In this document: positions 39,380 through 52,620 of the stretch, one piece after another
Layout: every line of letters starts with the position of its first letter
Numbering within the stretch: the first letter of the stretch is position 1
DNA from: Eledone cirrhosa
Taxonomy: Eukaryota
DNA: 64,000 nucleotides
Direction of reading: 5' to 3'
Assembly: GCA_964016885.1 (NCBI GenBank)
Contig: OZ024746.1
Coordinates: forward strand, 97,402,001 to 97,466,000
The notes under the pieces: model-generated
Seen by the model: the letters and a program-made list of their open reading frames with translations, nothing else
What the model was told of the DNA's origin: nothing
Databases searched by the model: none
Position numbers and translations under genes: made by a program

Positions 39380-40004
39380 TCTATATATCTAAAACAGAGA
39401 ATGTCTGTCTGTCTGTCAGTCTGACTCCCTAAAGCTCAAGAACCACCCAACCGATTGTTTTCAAACTTTACACATGTAATACTTATGGTCCTGTGAATGT
39501 TTTGAGCAAATAATATTTCATATTTTCAATACCCTAGGGACGGCATTAGACGATTTAGCGATGTCTGTCTATAATTCTTAGTCTTTCTTTTTAGATAGCT
39601 ACATAGATATAACATTGCTCCCTTATAATATCTGTCTGTATGTCTGGCTGTCTGCATTACGACATTATGGCGTGTGTGTGTGTGTATATATATGTATATA
39701 TAGTGTGTGTATATAAATAGTGTGTAATGTTTTTCGAAATATTTACTTCTGCGTTCACAGGTTGATTTCTTTAGTTTCAGAAAATCCCGTTAAGGGTGAA
39801 AGCAGCGATTCTTTGCTTAAACTTTAATCTATTATTTTAATATATATATATATAATTATATATTCATGTACAGATATTTTTGCATACACAATAACAAAAT
39901 ATAAACAAACGTATTTATTTCACGAGGCTCGATAAGGATAAATATATATCAAATATATAAGAACCCTAGAGCAAATCCCGAGCAACGCCGGGCCATTCTG
40001 CTAG
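39380..40004 (+). mobile_element. Non-autonomous Helitron
   Basis: A|TCTATATATCTAAAA, (GTCT)n, subterminal hairpin CCCG-AGCAACGC-CGGG (39977-39992), CTAG|T. Confidence 0.9.
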
Positions 40005-40106
40005 TTACAACTAAAAAGCAGTTTTTATTCTTTTCCACTAGAAGTTTCAATATAAATTTCCATTATGTTAGTTTCTTAACACTTTAGCATTTAAACAGGC
40101 CGTATC

Positions 40107-40448
40107 ATTTCATCATCATCATTTCATTTTACGTCCACTTTTCCCTGCTTGCAAGGGTGGGACGGGAACTGATTCTGGCTTGATTTCTACAGCTGGATGC
40201 CCTTCCTAACACCAACCTCATTTACAGTGAGTGCTGGGTGCTTTTTTGCTATGGCACCTCCACGACCACTTTGCAGTGGAATGATATGGACCCCAGTCCC
40301 TATCATCTCACTGCTACAGCTGAGTAAACTGGAGCAATGTGAAATAAAGTGTCTTGCTCAAGGAAACAACACATCACCTGGTCTGAGAATTGAACTCACA
40401 ACCTTTCGATTGCAAGGCCAATGCTCTAACCTCTAAGCCATGTGCCTC
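40107..40448 (-). mobile_element. SINE family B nested in MITE A (40080-40622)
   Basis: Near-identical to 11073-11417 and 34099-34451. Confidence 0.92.
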
Positions 40449-40790
40449 CAGAATTCTCTCACCTCTTTCTGTTCAAACCAGCCATAACCAGCTGCTCATA
40501 CTGATGTTAAGGTATTGTTCTCAAAACAAATAATATAAAAATCTCATAGATTTGATATGTGAAATAAAGTGTTTACCATGAAAATACAATAGCATATATA
40601 GAATAATGTAAATGCTAAAGGGTTAATTATTAAATTAAAATATTTGCATAAATCTGAATCTTTATGTGTGAGTGTTCCTGTATTTGTATCAGTGGTTTTA
40701 ATTTGAAATATGATAATGAGGGAGATAAGTGAAAATTGTTGTTGGTTTGGGAAAAGGGACATCACTAGAAATGTTTAGTTATAGCTACCA

Positions 40791-41090
40791 TCTATACATA
40801 AATTTGAGCGATTTCTGTCCATCTGTCCATCACACACTAAAGATGACTGAGGAAGGAAGGCGTGATGACGTCACATAATATAGATGACTGAGGAAGGAAG
40901 GGGTGATGACATCACACACTAGAGATGATTGAGGAAGGAAGGGGTGATGATGTCACATAATAGAGATGACTGAGGAAGGAAGAGGTGATGACACACTACA
41001 AAAAACAGCATCTAACATTCACTACACATGTGTACATCTACACACGCACACACACACACATATGCGTCACCATGTTGAATAAACTTCTAG
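40791..41090 (+). mobile_element. Non-autonomous Helitron with four 41-bp units
   Basis: A|TC...CTAG|T; same family as 2578-3057. Confidence 0.8.
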
Positions 41091-41300
41091 TTGTAAGATA
41101 ATTCAACTGATTTGATCTTACTTGGAAATTGAGCAGGTCATTATTATAAGTAGTTTTTAGTTATATATATGAAAGTGCTTCTATTTCTATAGAACTAACT
41201 CTAAAGTCATCATCATCATTTTATGTCTACTTTCCTTGCTGGCATTGGTTGGAAGGATTATCATGGTTTGAGACAAGATGGATTAGATACCATGCTTTGC

Positions 41301-41301
<1 letters not shown>

Positions 41302-41332
<31 letters not shown>

Positions 41333-41632
41333 TTTACGTCCACTTTTACCTGCTTGCAAGGGTGGGACGGGTCCTATTCAGCACAGCATCTCTCCATTTG
41401 TCATGTTCCTTCGTCATCTCCTCTGTGAGCTTCAGCAATCTGTGGTCAGCTTTCACCACCTCTGCCCACGATTTTTGTGGTCTTCCTCTACTGTGTCTTC
41501 CTTCCACTGGATTTTCTTGGCACTTCTTTACCCAACGGGCATCCTCCAAGTACACCACATGTCCATGCCAATGGAGTCTTCTCTCCTGCACACTACAGTT
41601 TATCCCTCTTATACACAGTTTCTCTCTCAACT
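41302..41632 (-). mobile_element. RTE family 1-like 3' fragment
   Basis: LREKLCIRGINCSVQERRLHWHGHV..GRPQKSW; (GAT)n tail. Confidence 0.85.
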
Positions 41633-41966
41633 CGTCTATGCTTGTATTTTATATTTTGGTATGTGTTCTATAGCTCAATGCCTCTCTTAATGCTTATCAC
41701 TTTATAGATTTTACTGGGCACATATGATGGCACCAGCATTAGAGAGGTTGTGATGTAATTGGTAAGACTGAAGCATCCTCTCTAACTTGTAGTCATTTAA
41801 TTGCCAGAGACTTTACTGGGTGTATTTTATTTTTATACCAACATAAGAGAGGCTGTCAAATCTTCAACAAGACCATAGAATCTTCTCTACTCTACATTGT
41901 TTTATTGCATTCATCACCTACTTTACAAGGGGTGCTCAATGCACTCCATCATGACACCAGTACCAG

Positions 41967-42283
41967 CAGGGTTGGATTCAGATCGGGGGGTGGGGGGTCT
42001 GGAGTATTAAAGGTTTGGGTGGGAATGGCGGTTCATCATACACAAAAAAATTAGAATACACAGCAAACCCCCTAATTTTATGTATCAAAGTTAGCTTGGT
42101 GCGAGTAATTGGAATTGAAAAGTTATACATACAGGTATTAAATTCAAAATTTCTAGCCACCCTAAAACTAAAAAGCCCAGCTGAGGGTACAAATAAATTG
42201 CTACAGCTGTCACTGATGGGGCTTCCCCATTACAATGGGGCTGGGGAAATTCCATTCAATGCCTCCCATTAAATCCAGTCCGG
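41967..42283 (+). mobile_element. hAT-type MITE
   Basis: CAGGGTTGGATT...AAATCCAGTCCGG; TSD AGTACCAG/AGCACCAG; homolog of 24425-24930. Confidence 0.8.
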
Positions 42284-42374
42284 AGCACCAGAGAGGTGGC
42301 CCTTTGCAGAGCAGACTAAAATTGGTTTCCCCACCCCATTCAGGTGCACCACATTTGAAAATATCAATCAATAA

Positions 42375-42960
42375 CCTATGTAGAAGTTTCTTGTCATCGT
42401 TGGTGACTCATCTTACTGAGGTGTCAGGTGATGTCTGTGAGGGTGCTTGGTTGTTTCAGTACCTCAGCCTCGCCATCACCTTGCCTTGCTGAGGTGTCAG
42501 GTGATGTCTGTGAGGGTGCTTGGTTGTTTCAGCATCTCAGCCTCGCCATCACCTTGCCTTACTGAGATGTCAGGTGATGCTGATGAGGGTGCCTGGCTGT
42601 TTCAGCACCTCAGCCTCGCCATCACATTACCTTACTGAGATGTCAGGTGGTGCTGATGAGGGTGCCTGGCTGTTTCAGCATCTCAGCCACGCCATCACAT
42701 TACCTTACTGAGATGTCAGGTGATGCTGATGAGGGTGCCTGGCTGTTTCAGCATCTCAGCCTCGCCATCACATTACCTTACTGAGATGTCAGGTGATGCT
42801 GATGAGGGTGCCTGGCTGTTTCAGCATCTCAGCCTCGCCATCACCTTGCCTTGCTGAGATGTTACGTGATGCTGATGAGGGTACTTGGTTGTTTCAGCAC
42901 CTTAGCCTCGCCATCACCTGTGGTAATGTTCCTGTATGTTGGCTTGCCTCAAAGTGTTCC
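42375..42960 (+). mobile_element. CRE-like 3' fragment with seven 73-bp tandem units (42416-42919)
   Basis: Unit encodes EVSGD..EGAWLFQHLSLAIT; last unit runs into CGN (CRE FQxxSLAxxRGN motif). Confidence 0.75.
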
Positions 42961-43275
42961 ATTAAACCTTATGTGTGGCTGATTGTTTCACTTGGTGGTG
43001 AATTGATACTCGTTTGTGAGGTTCCTAGCAATAATTAATTATATTTGTTATATGTGTTTATATTTTCACCCTGTAAAGATTTGTAATGATATTTATACAT
43101 CTGTGAATAATAAAATGGTTTATATGCCTTCTATGGCACTCTGTAGTGCTGGTGCCACTATAAATTGCACCCAGTACACTCTGAATTGCATGTACAACTC
43201 TCCAGATATACAATAGCAATAAATATAAGAAACTCAGGTGTGTTTGCATATTTGTTAAAGAATCAATAGCAATCA

Positions 43276-43572
43276 GTGAAAGGAAAGAGAGGTGGGTGAA
43301 GGAGAGAGGGGGGTGAAGGAGAGAGGGGGGTGAAGGAGAGATGGAGAGGGGGTGGAGGAGAGAGAGGGGGTGAAGGAGAGAGGGGGTGAAGGAGAGAGAG
43401 GGGGTGAAGGAGAGAGAGGTGGGTGAAGGAGAGAGGGGAGTGAAGGAGAGAGAGGGGGTGAAGGAGAGAGAGGGTGAAGGAGAGATGGAGAGGTGGGTGA
43501 AGGAGAGAGGGGGTGAAGGAGAGAGAGGTGGGTGAAGGAAAGAAAGAGAGGTGGGTGAAGGAGAGAGAGAGA
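43276..43572. repeat. Purine-rich minisatellite (GGTGAAGGAGAGAG..)n
   Basis: Direct reading. Confidence 0.9.
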
Positions 43573-43771
43573 GTGCACACAAAAGATAAATTAAATTTGT
43601 TTCTATTACACAGATAACTAGAATATTGGCTATATTCCATAAACATCATTTTAATAATAATAGATTTGTGTAAGATTTTAATAAAATTCCTTTCTGAACA
43701 ACTAACAGATTCTTCATTCACTACTTTACAAACATACATATATACATACATACTTATGTATACACATACAT

Positions 43772-45127
43772 GATGTTGGAACTCGAAAAATACTGAACAA
43801 CACCGGAAACTTCCACATCAACAGTGACATAGACCGCGTTTACTTGAAATGTAAGCAGGGAGGCAGAGGCCTAACATCATTCCAGACAACATTTGAATGT
43901 CGCATCATATCTCTCCGACAACATCTACGAACCTCGAAGCGTAGGAGCCCGTTTCTCGAGCAAGTCTATCTGCATGAAACAGATAAGATCATGAGAGTTG
44001 GGAAGGAACTCCTTGAGAGATATTCCGTGTGATAATCAAAAACTCACACCCAGGGATGTCACTCAGCAGGATTGCAGTGAATCCATGGATGAAAAACTGC
44101 ATGCCTATCAGCAAAAAATCATGCATGGATATGTTGCCAGGAAGCTCCAGTGTGAGGAAAGTAGTCTATCTTGGACCAACAACCGCTATATTGGCTCCCA
44201 CTTTGAAGGATACGCTTTTGCAATCCAGGAACAGGAGATTAGCACAAAATACCTGATTCAAAAAAAAGATAGGGATGCAGGCAAAACACCTAGATGTGAT
44301 AACAAGTGCAGACTCTGCAGAACTAACATCGAGGATATCACCCATATCATCAGCAGCTGTCCAAAGATGTCATCGCGGTACTATCTACCTATGAGGCATG
44401 ATGTAGTGGCCAAAACACTGTACAATGCAGTTCGTAAAAAAGATAGCCCCGATAATAAACACATTAAAAGCTACAGCAATGTGGAAGACATCCATGTACA
44501 TAATATGAAAGAGTACTGGTTGAATGTTCCAGTAAAAACCCCAATAAAATGCAGGCATAACAGACCAGATATTATGATATGGGACAGGGAGAAGAAAGCA
44601 TGCACAGTAGTGGAAATTAGCTGCCCAGTAGATGCCAATATAATATCAAAGATTAGTGAAAAGGAGAATATTTATGCAGAACTGATGAGAAATCTGCAGA
44701 TACTCCACCCTGATTACACCTTCAGATTTATGCCTGTGATTATTGGGACACTGAGGTATGTTAGTAACTGCCTCAATACAAATCTTGAGAAGCTAGGCTT
44801 CACAGGAACAGAAAGAACACAACTAGTTAGGAAATTACAAGTACAATCCATTAATGGAACAGTAAAAATATGTAAAACATTCAAAAAATGTTGCATCTAA
44901 TAATTGCATATACACATGTACAGATACAAAGCATATACACATGCACACATACAACTCAAAACATACACCTCCACACATACAATAACATCCATATCTACAC
45001 ATGCATGCATACATACATATCCACCTAGTTGATGTTGTGTAAATTCCAATGAGAGAGTCTTGTGTCTATGTTAGAAACCGACTCTCTCTCTATTGGTAAC
45101 ACTTTGTGAAATTATAAAACCAGAAGA
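43772..45127 (+). mobile_element. R4/Dong-like RLE non-LTR retrotransposon, 5'-truncated, in a (CATA)n context
   Basis: RVYLKCKQGGRGL (RT end); CRLC..EDITHIISSC (CCHC); RHD; RPD..VVEISCP (RLE); stop at 44900; 3' UTR hairpin; about 28-bp TSD. Confidence 0.9.
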
Positions 45128-45668
45128 ACATACATACTTATGTATACACACACATACATACTTATGTATACATATATACACATACATACATAAATACACA
45201 AATATGTACACACATACATACATATGCATACACATACATACATACTTATGTATACATATATACACATACATACATAAATACACAAATATGTACACACATA
45301 CATACATACTTATGTATACACACACATACATACTTATGTATACATTTATACACATACATACATAAATACACAAATATGTACACACATACATACATACTTA
45401 TGTATACACACACATACATACTTATGTATACATATATACACATACATACATACTTATGTATACACACACACACATACATACTTATGTATACATATATACA
45501 CATACATACATAAATACACAAATATGTACACACATACATACATACACAAATATGTACACACATACATACATACATACTTATGTATACACACACATACATA
45601 CGTATGTATACATATATACACATATATACACATACATGCATAAACAAATAGGTACACACATACATACT
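45128..45668. repeat. Higher-order CATA/CA-rich repeat
   Basis: CATACATACTTATGTATACA and AAATATGTACACACATAC units alternate. Confidence 0.9.
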
Positions 45669-46323
45669 CATTATTCTAAGCCAATTGCTGCTTCATTTCA
45701 TTCATAATAATTATTTAGGTCTAAATTTGTCTCAGAAGATATAGCTGCTAAATATAATGTGAAGGAAAATGTTATTCTGTTTCTCTAGTAAAATCTAAAT
45801 GAACTCATCTGCTGGTAAAACTTGTGAATCATGAAACTGTGATAGTGGTAATTGAGACATCATTATAGTTGCTTTGGCAACCAATACGTTCACTCAATGA
45901 GATTCTCATTATGTCAATATACTGGTTATTAAATACATAAAGAGTTGTAAACACACATACACTTATTTCTCTCCAGGCTTTGCATATCCTCTACAGTCGC
46001 TGTCCATGTCTCACTACCATGCAGCATTGTGCATCTCACACAGGTATCATACAACTGACCTTTCGTTTGCAGGGAGAAACCCTTCATTTTCAACACAGTA
46101 AGCAGCTCCCTAAAGTGCGAACGTTAGAAAACATTCTATACAGATGACGTTATATAAGGAAAATAATATTAAAAAAGGGTTTTGAAAGCACACCTGGTAT
46201 AATGGATTTTTATAACATGTACAAAAATTGATGTTACACATTTTTGGACATGTTATAAAATACCTTTGTATATATATACCAGGTGCACTTCTCAAACCCT
46301 TTTTTAATATAATTTTCCTTATA

Positions 46324-46898
46324 TAATTGTTTCTACATTTGGCACAAGGCCAGCAATTTATCAGTGCATTACTGGTACTTTATTTTATTGGCCCCGTAAG
46401 GATGAAAGGCAAAGTTAACCTCGGCGGGATTTGAACTCAGAATGGCAAGGGCTGTAACTCTATGCATCAAAGCATAACGTCCGACCATCTACCAATACTG
46501 CCAATCCACCTTATATAATTTTCCTTATATAATTGTTTCTACTTTTGGCACAAGGCCAGCAATTATCCCAGTGTATTGCTGGTACTTTATTTTATCTACC
46601 CCGTAAGGATGAAAGGCAAAGTTAACCTCGGCGGGATTTGAACACAGATCATAAAGGGCCGTAACTCTATGCTTCAAAGCATGGTATCCGACCCTCTACC
46701 GATACTGCCAATAATTGTTTCTACTTTTGGCACAAGGCCAGCAATTACCCAGTACATTACTGGTACTTTATTTTATCGACCCCGTAAGGATTAAAGGCAA
46801 AGTCAACCTCGGCGGGATTTGAACTCAGACCGTAAAGGGACGTAACTATGCTGCAAAGCATGGTGTCCGACCCTCTACCGATACTGCGAATCCACGCC
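46324..46898 (-). mobile_element. Three tandem SINE A copies inside one arm of a fold-back element (46111-46940)
   Basis: Copies begin AATTGTTTCTAC at about 46325, 46531 and 46713; arm 46111-46200 pairs with 46276-46326 plus 46900-46940. Confidence 0.85.
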
Positions 46899-47297
46899 AA
46901 TAATGTCATCTGTAAAGAACGTTTTTTAACATCTACACTTTTTTTCAATATAAACATATATATGAATATATATATTTATATACGAATATATATATTTATA
47001 ATAGTAATAAATGAGAGAAATATACTTTATATCATCTCTATTTATTTTATTGTATATATATATATTTCGAAGATATAAAGTTTTATGTATAACATAAACT
47101 AAAACATGTCCTCTTCAGACAAAATACATATGAGATGTATAACTTTTTCATGATATGCTGGTAGACTGACATATATATATATATCTAATATTTGCTCTAC
47201 GGTTCTTATATATTTGATATATATTTATCCTTATCAAGCCCTCTTTGGATTTTAGTCTTCAAATTTATTATTATTACTATATATATGTATATGTATA

Positions 47298-47643
47298 TTG
47301 AGCAAGACACTTTATTTCACATTGCTCCAGTTTACTCAACTGTAGAAATGAGATGATAGGACTGGGATCCATATCATTCCACTGCAAAGTGGTCGTGGAG
47401 GTGCCACGGCAAAAAAGCACCCAGCCCACACTGTAAAGTGGACGTGTAGGCGCCACAGAAAAAAGCACCCAGCACTCACTGTAGATGAGGTTGGTGTTAG
47501 GAAGAGCATCCAGCTGTAGAAATCAAGCCAGAATCAGTTCCCGTATGAGCAAGACAAGGTCAGCTGACCGGACACTGCCCACAACAGGACAACTTGTCTA
47601 ACCCATGCTAGCGTGGAAGAATGGACGTAAAACGTTGATGATG

Positions 47644-47645
<2 letters not shown>
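47298..47645 (+). mobile_element. 5'-truncated SINE family B
   Basis: Starts at TTGAGCAAGACACTT; (GAT)n tail. Confidence 0.9.
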
Positions 47646-47675
<30 letters not shown>

Positions 47676-48023
47676 CAAGGTATGGCATGGCCAATCCTGA
47701 CCAGAGATATCACTCGATACAGTCAACCCGTCTGACCCATGCAAGAATGGAAAAATGGACGTTAAACGGTGATGATGATGATGATATATATATATATATA
47801 TATATATGTGTGTATATGAATTTCACTCACAAGACAATGATGAAGCTGAGGCTATAGTAGTAAACACTTATCTGAGGGGTCACACAGAGGCACTGAACAC
47901 AGAAGTACATGGTTGTGAAGTAAGATCCATAAACACAGTCTTGTGTATCCTTATATCTGTAGAAAAGGACAATAACTCCAGTTTTATTTCAGTTTTATAT
48001 TTACTATTGATATGATAACCCGG

Positions 48024-50320
48024 CCTGTATAGTGGTCATGTCAGCAACTCAACAAAAAGTGCCCTACCACCCTGTATAGTGGTCATGTCAGCAACTCAAC
48101 AAAAAGTGCCCAACCACCCTGTATAGTGGTCATGTCAGCAACTCAACAAAAAGTGCCCTACCACCCTGTATAGTGGTCATGTCAGCAACTCAACAAAAAG
48201 TGCCCAACCACCCTGTATAGTGGTCATGTCAGCAACTCAACAAAAAGTGCCCAACCACCCTGTATAGTGGTCATGTCAGCAACTCAACAAAAAGTGCCCT
48301 ACCACCCTGTATAGTGGTCATGTCAGCAACTCAACAAAAAGTGCCCTACCACCCTGTATAGTGGTCATGTCAGCAACTCAACAAAAAGTGCCCAACCACC
48401 CTGTATAGTGGTCATGTCAGCAACTCAACAAAAAGTGCCCTACCACCCTGTATAGTGGTCATGTCAGCAACTCAACAAAAAGTGCCCTACCACCCTGTAT
48501 AGTGGTCATGTCAGCAACTCAACAAAAAGTGCCCAACCACCCTGTATAGTGGTCATGTCAGCAACTCAACAAAAAGTGCCCAACCACCCTGTATAGTGGT
48601 CATGTCAGCAACTCAACAAAAAGTGCCCAACCACCCTGTATAGTGGTCATGTCAGCAACTCAACAAAAAGTGCCCAACCACCCTGTATAGTGGTCATGTC
48701 AGCAACTCAACAAAAAGTGCCCTACCACCCTGTATAGTGGTCATGTCAGCAACTCAACAAAAAGTGCCCAACCACCCTGTATAGTGATCATGTCAGCAAC
48801 TCAACAAAAAGTGCCCAACCACCCTGTATAGTGGTCATGTGAGCAACTCAACAAAAAGTGCCCAACCACCCTGTATAGTGGTCATGTCAGCAACTCAACA
48901 AAAAGTGCCCAACCACCCTGTATAGTGGTCATGTCAGCAACTCAACAAAAAGTGCCCAACCACCCTGTATAGTGGTCATGTCAGCAACTCAACAAAAAGT
49001 GCCCAACCACCCTGTATAGTGGTCATGTCAGCAACTCAACAAAAAGTGCCCAACCACCCTGTATAGTGGTCATGTCAGCAACTCAACAAAAAGTGCCCAA
49101 CCACCCTGTATAGTGGTCATGTCAGCAACTCAACAAAAAGTGCCCTACCACCCTGTATAGTGGTCATGTCAGCAACTCAACAAAAAGTGCCCAACCACCC
49201 TGTATAGTGGTCATGTCAGCAACTCAACAAAAAGTGCCCAACCACCCTGTATAGTGGTCATGTCAGCAACTCAACAAAAAGTGCCCAACCACCCTGTATA
49301 GTGGTCATGTCAGCAACTCAACAAAAAGTGCCCAACCACCCTGTATAGTGGTCATGTCAGCAACTCAACAAAAAGTGCCCAACCACCCTGTATAGTGGTC
49401 ATGTCAGCAACTCAACAAAAAGTGCCCAACCACCCTGTATAGTGGTCATGTCAGCAACTCAACAAAAAGTGCCCTACCACCCTGTATAGTGGTCATGTCA
49501 GCAACTCAACAAAAAGTGCCCTACCACCCTGTATAGTGGTCATGTCAGCAACTCAACAAAAAGTGCCCAACCACCCTGTATAGTGGTCATGTCAGCAACT
49601 CAACAAAAAGTGCCCAACCACCCTGTATAGTGGTCATGTCAGCAACTCAACAAAAAGTGCCCAACCACCCTGTATAGTGGTCATGTCAGCAACTCAACAA
49701 AAAGTGCCCAACCACCCTGTATAGTGGTCATGTCAGCAACTCAACAAAAAGTGCCCAACCACCCTGTATAGTGGTCATGTCAGCAACTCAACAAAAAGTG
49801 CCCAACCACCCTGTATAGTGGTCATGTCAGCAACTCAACAAAAAGTGCCCAACCACCCTGTATAGTGGTCATGTCAGCAACTCAACAAAAAGTGCCCAAC
49901 CACCCTGTATAGTGGTCATGTCAGCAACTCAACAAAAAGTGCCCTACCACCCTGTATAGTGGTCATGTCAGCAACTCAACAAAAAGTGCCCAACCACCCT
50001 GTATAGTGGTCATGTCAGCAACTCAACAAAAAGTGCCCAACCACCCTGTATAGTGGTCATGTCAGCAACTCAACAAAAAGTGCCCAACCACCCTGTATAG
50101 TGGTCATGTCAGCAACTCAACAAAAAGTGCCCAACCACCCTGTATAGTGGTCATGTCAGCAACTCAACAAAAAGTGCCCAACCACCCTGTATAGTGGTCA
50201 TGTCAGCAACTCAACAAAAAGTGCCCAACCACCCTGTATAGTGGTCATGTCAGCAACTCAACAAAAAGTGCCCAACCACCCTGTATAGTGGTCAAGTCAG
50301 CAACTCAACAAAAAGTGCCC
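48024..50320. repeat. 47-bp satellite, 49 near-identical units
   Basis: CCTGTATAGTGGTCATGTCAGCAACTCAACAAAAAGTGCCC(T/A)ACCAC; unit starts from 48024 to 50280. Confidence 0.97.
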
Positions 50321-50327
50321 AGATGAC

Positions 50328-50545
50328 CCTGTAAAGCAGTCATGTAGGAGTCACAAGAATAAGTTCCCAGCCCATCCTGTAAAGTGGTTGTGTAGGTGTC
50401 ACGACAAAAAGCACCCAGTACACACTGTAAATGTGGTTGGGTAAAACACGGTCCTCTGACCTTATCTCTCCTGGACAGTTCGTTCTACTCATGCTAGTAT
50501 GGAAAATGGACTTTAAACGATAATGATGTTGTTGATGATGATGAT
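50328..50545 (+). mobile_element. SINE/RTE tail continuing from the satellite
   Basis: CTGTAAAGTGGTTGTGTAGGTGTCACGACAAAAAGCACCCAG..CATGCTAGTATGGAAAATGGAC..(GAT)n. Confidence 0.85.
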
Positions 50546-51089
50546 ATTAAAATGGTTGTGTGGTTAAAGAGGAAGCTTCACAACCACATGATTTTAAGTT
50601 CAACTGTATTCTGTGGAATCTTGGGAAATATCTTTTCCTATAGCCTCATGTTGAGCATTGCTTTGTGAGTAAAATTTGGTAGACAGGATGCCCATTTTGT
50701 GTATATGTGTGTGTGTGTGGGGGGGGGGGGGGTCTGTGTTTGTTTATGTCCAATAACTTAGCAATCAATAAAATAAATACCAGGCTTAAAAGATAAGTAC
50801 TGGGTGTGATATGATTGACTAAATCGCTTCATGGTTGTGCCCAAGTTAGGCCTGAGTCTAATGGCTGAAACCAATAACAAATACATATATAAGAATCTAT
50901 AGAAAAAATTTATAGCTAAACTTTTATTTCAGTTTTATTTATTTTTGATATTAACATCAATTGCGACCACATAATATCGGGTTTGATTCCACTCCATAAC
51001 ACCCTGTGCAAGTGTCATTAACTATAGCCCCTTGTGGAGATAATACTGCCTCATGAGTGAAACCTAGTAGACTAAAACTGTATAGAAGC

Positions 51090-51425
51090 CCATCATCACC
51101 ATTTTACTTCTATTCTTCCCTGCTAGCATAGGTTAGACAAGTTGTCTTGTCAGAAATGCTAGGCCATGTGACCAAGTCTTGCTCATACCAAACTGCAACT
51201 CTTGCTCATACCAAACTGATTTTGGCTTGGTTTCTACAGCTGGATGCCCTTCTTAATGCCAACCTCATTTACAGTGAGTACTGGGTGCTTTTTGTCACGA
51301 CACCTACACGACCACTTTAAAGTGAGTGCTGGGTGCTTTTTGTCACGACACCTACACAACCACTTTACAGAGTAACTGGGTGGTTTTGTCATGACACTTA
51401 CATGACCTCTTTACAGTGTGGGCTG
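51090..51425 (-). mobile_element. SINE/RTE tail with three internal units
   Basis: CTGGGTGCTTTTTGTCACGACACCTACAC repeated. Confidence 0.8.
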
Positions 51426-51850
51426 AGGAGCTTCACTGGATGTATGTTTCAGTCTCTATACATGTCTTAAAGTTGAGACTGTTTAAAAAGCCTGTACATT
51501 TTGTTTACACCCTGTATAAATATGTGCCACATTTTAGTGGTTGAATGAGAGGAGTTCAGTGGAATAAGTGCCATAATTAGTTTCAAGAAGGGCCTCTGAC
51601 TGTAGAATACTGTATTTAAAAAAATTCCACCCAGCCAATACAAGCATGGATGAATGAACATAAAAATGAGGACCATGCCATCAAAATAATTTTCTGAAAA
51701 CATAACTGGAACACTCATCGTTGAAACAGATGGAGGTCCATTTAGATTCTTTCTACATCATTTAGTACAGTATCTCTAAAATCATCTACTGTGAAGAAAA
51801 TTACTAAGCTAAAATTATTTAAATTATTTGATACTTATATCTAGCTCTGA

Positions 51851-52160
51851 AGGTGTGTGACTCTGTGATAAGAGAATTGGATTCAAAATTATGAGGTTGT
51901 GAGTTCAATCCCCGACTGGGCAATGTGTTATGTCCTTGAGCAAGACACTTTATTACATGCTGCTCCTTCTGCCTGAATTTGCGACCAGTAGATAGTATTA
52001 GTTATTGGAAAAACCAATGGAAACATTATTTCCTCAGTCCGATTTGTCGAGATCAACTCCACCTATTAAGCAAATGAGGTCTGGGATCTTGTCAATTGAC
52101 TTTTACCCTTGCAAGCATGGAAAAGCGGACGTAAAATGATGATGATGATGATGATGATGA
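51851..52160 (+). mobile_element. SINE B variant with a different body/tail
   Basis: GTGAGTTCAATCCC, GTCCTTGAGCAAGACACTT; related copy at 59410-59677 (-). Confidence 0.7.
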
Positions 52161-52324
52161 TATATATATATATATATTAGGCTGTATCAACTTCACAGCG
52201 ATGATGCATTTTTATAGTGCAGATATTGTTGCACATGGATCGGCAAAACTACAGTCGGGACTTTGAAGAAAAAATAGGTATATTTTTGTCTATTGTTTCC
52301 TCATATTTGGTAATTTATTACATA

Positions 52325-52620
52325 TCATCATCATCATCATTTAACGTCCATCTTCCATGCTAGCTTGGGTTAGATAGTTTTGTTCCATTTGATGTGGGAT
52401 TGGTTGGGAGACCATATGTCGCACATATGGAAGTGTCTCTAGTAGGTTTTCTACGGCTGGATGCCCTTCCTAACACCAACCATTTTTACAGTGTGGGCTG
52501 GGAGCCTTTTTACCGTGTTTCCTACACGACCACTTTACAGTGTGGACTGAGTGCTTTTTGTTGTGTCACCGACACAGTGGACGGAAATGGGAGGATGGAG
52601 TAGTGTGTGTGGGGTGGGGT
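52325..52620 (-). mobile_element. RTE family 1 3' UTR fragment
   Basis: Reverse complement matches 17080-17416. Confidence 0.8.

Noticed and set aside
43998-44900. Host or domesticated 300-aa gene
   Set aside because: Frameshifted 5'-truncated retrotransposon end with TSD and 3' UTR
48024-50320. CRISPR-like array
   Set aside because: Units are contiguous with no unique spacers; eukaryotic context; the unit derives from a SINE tail
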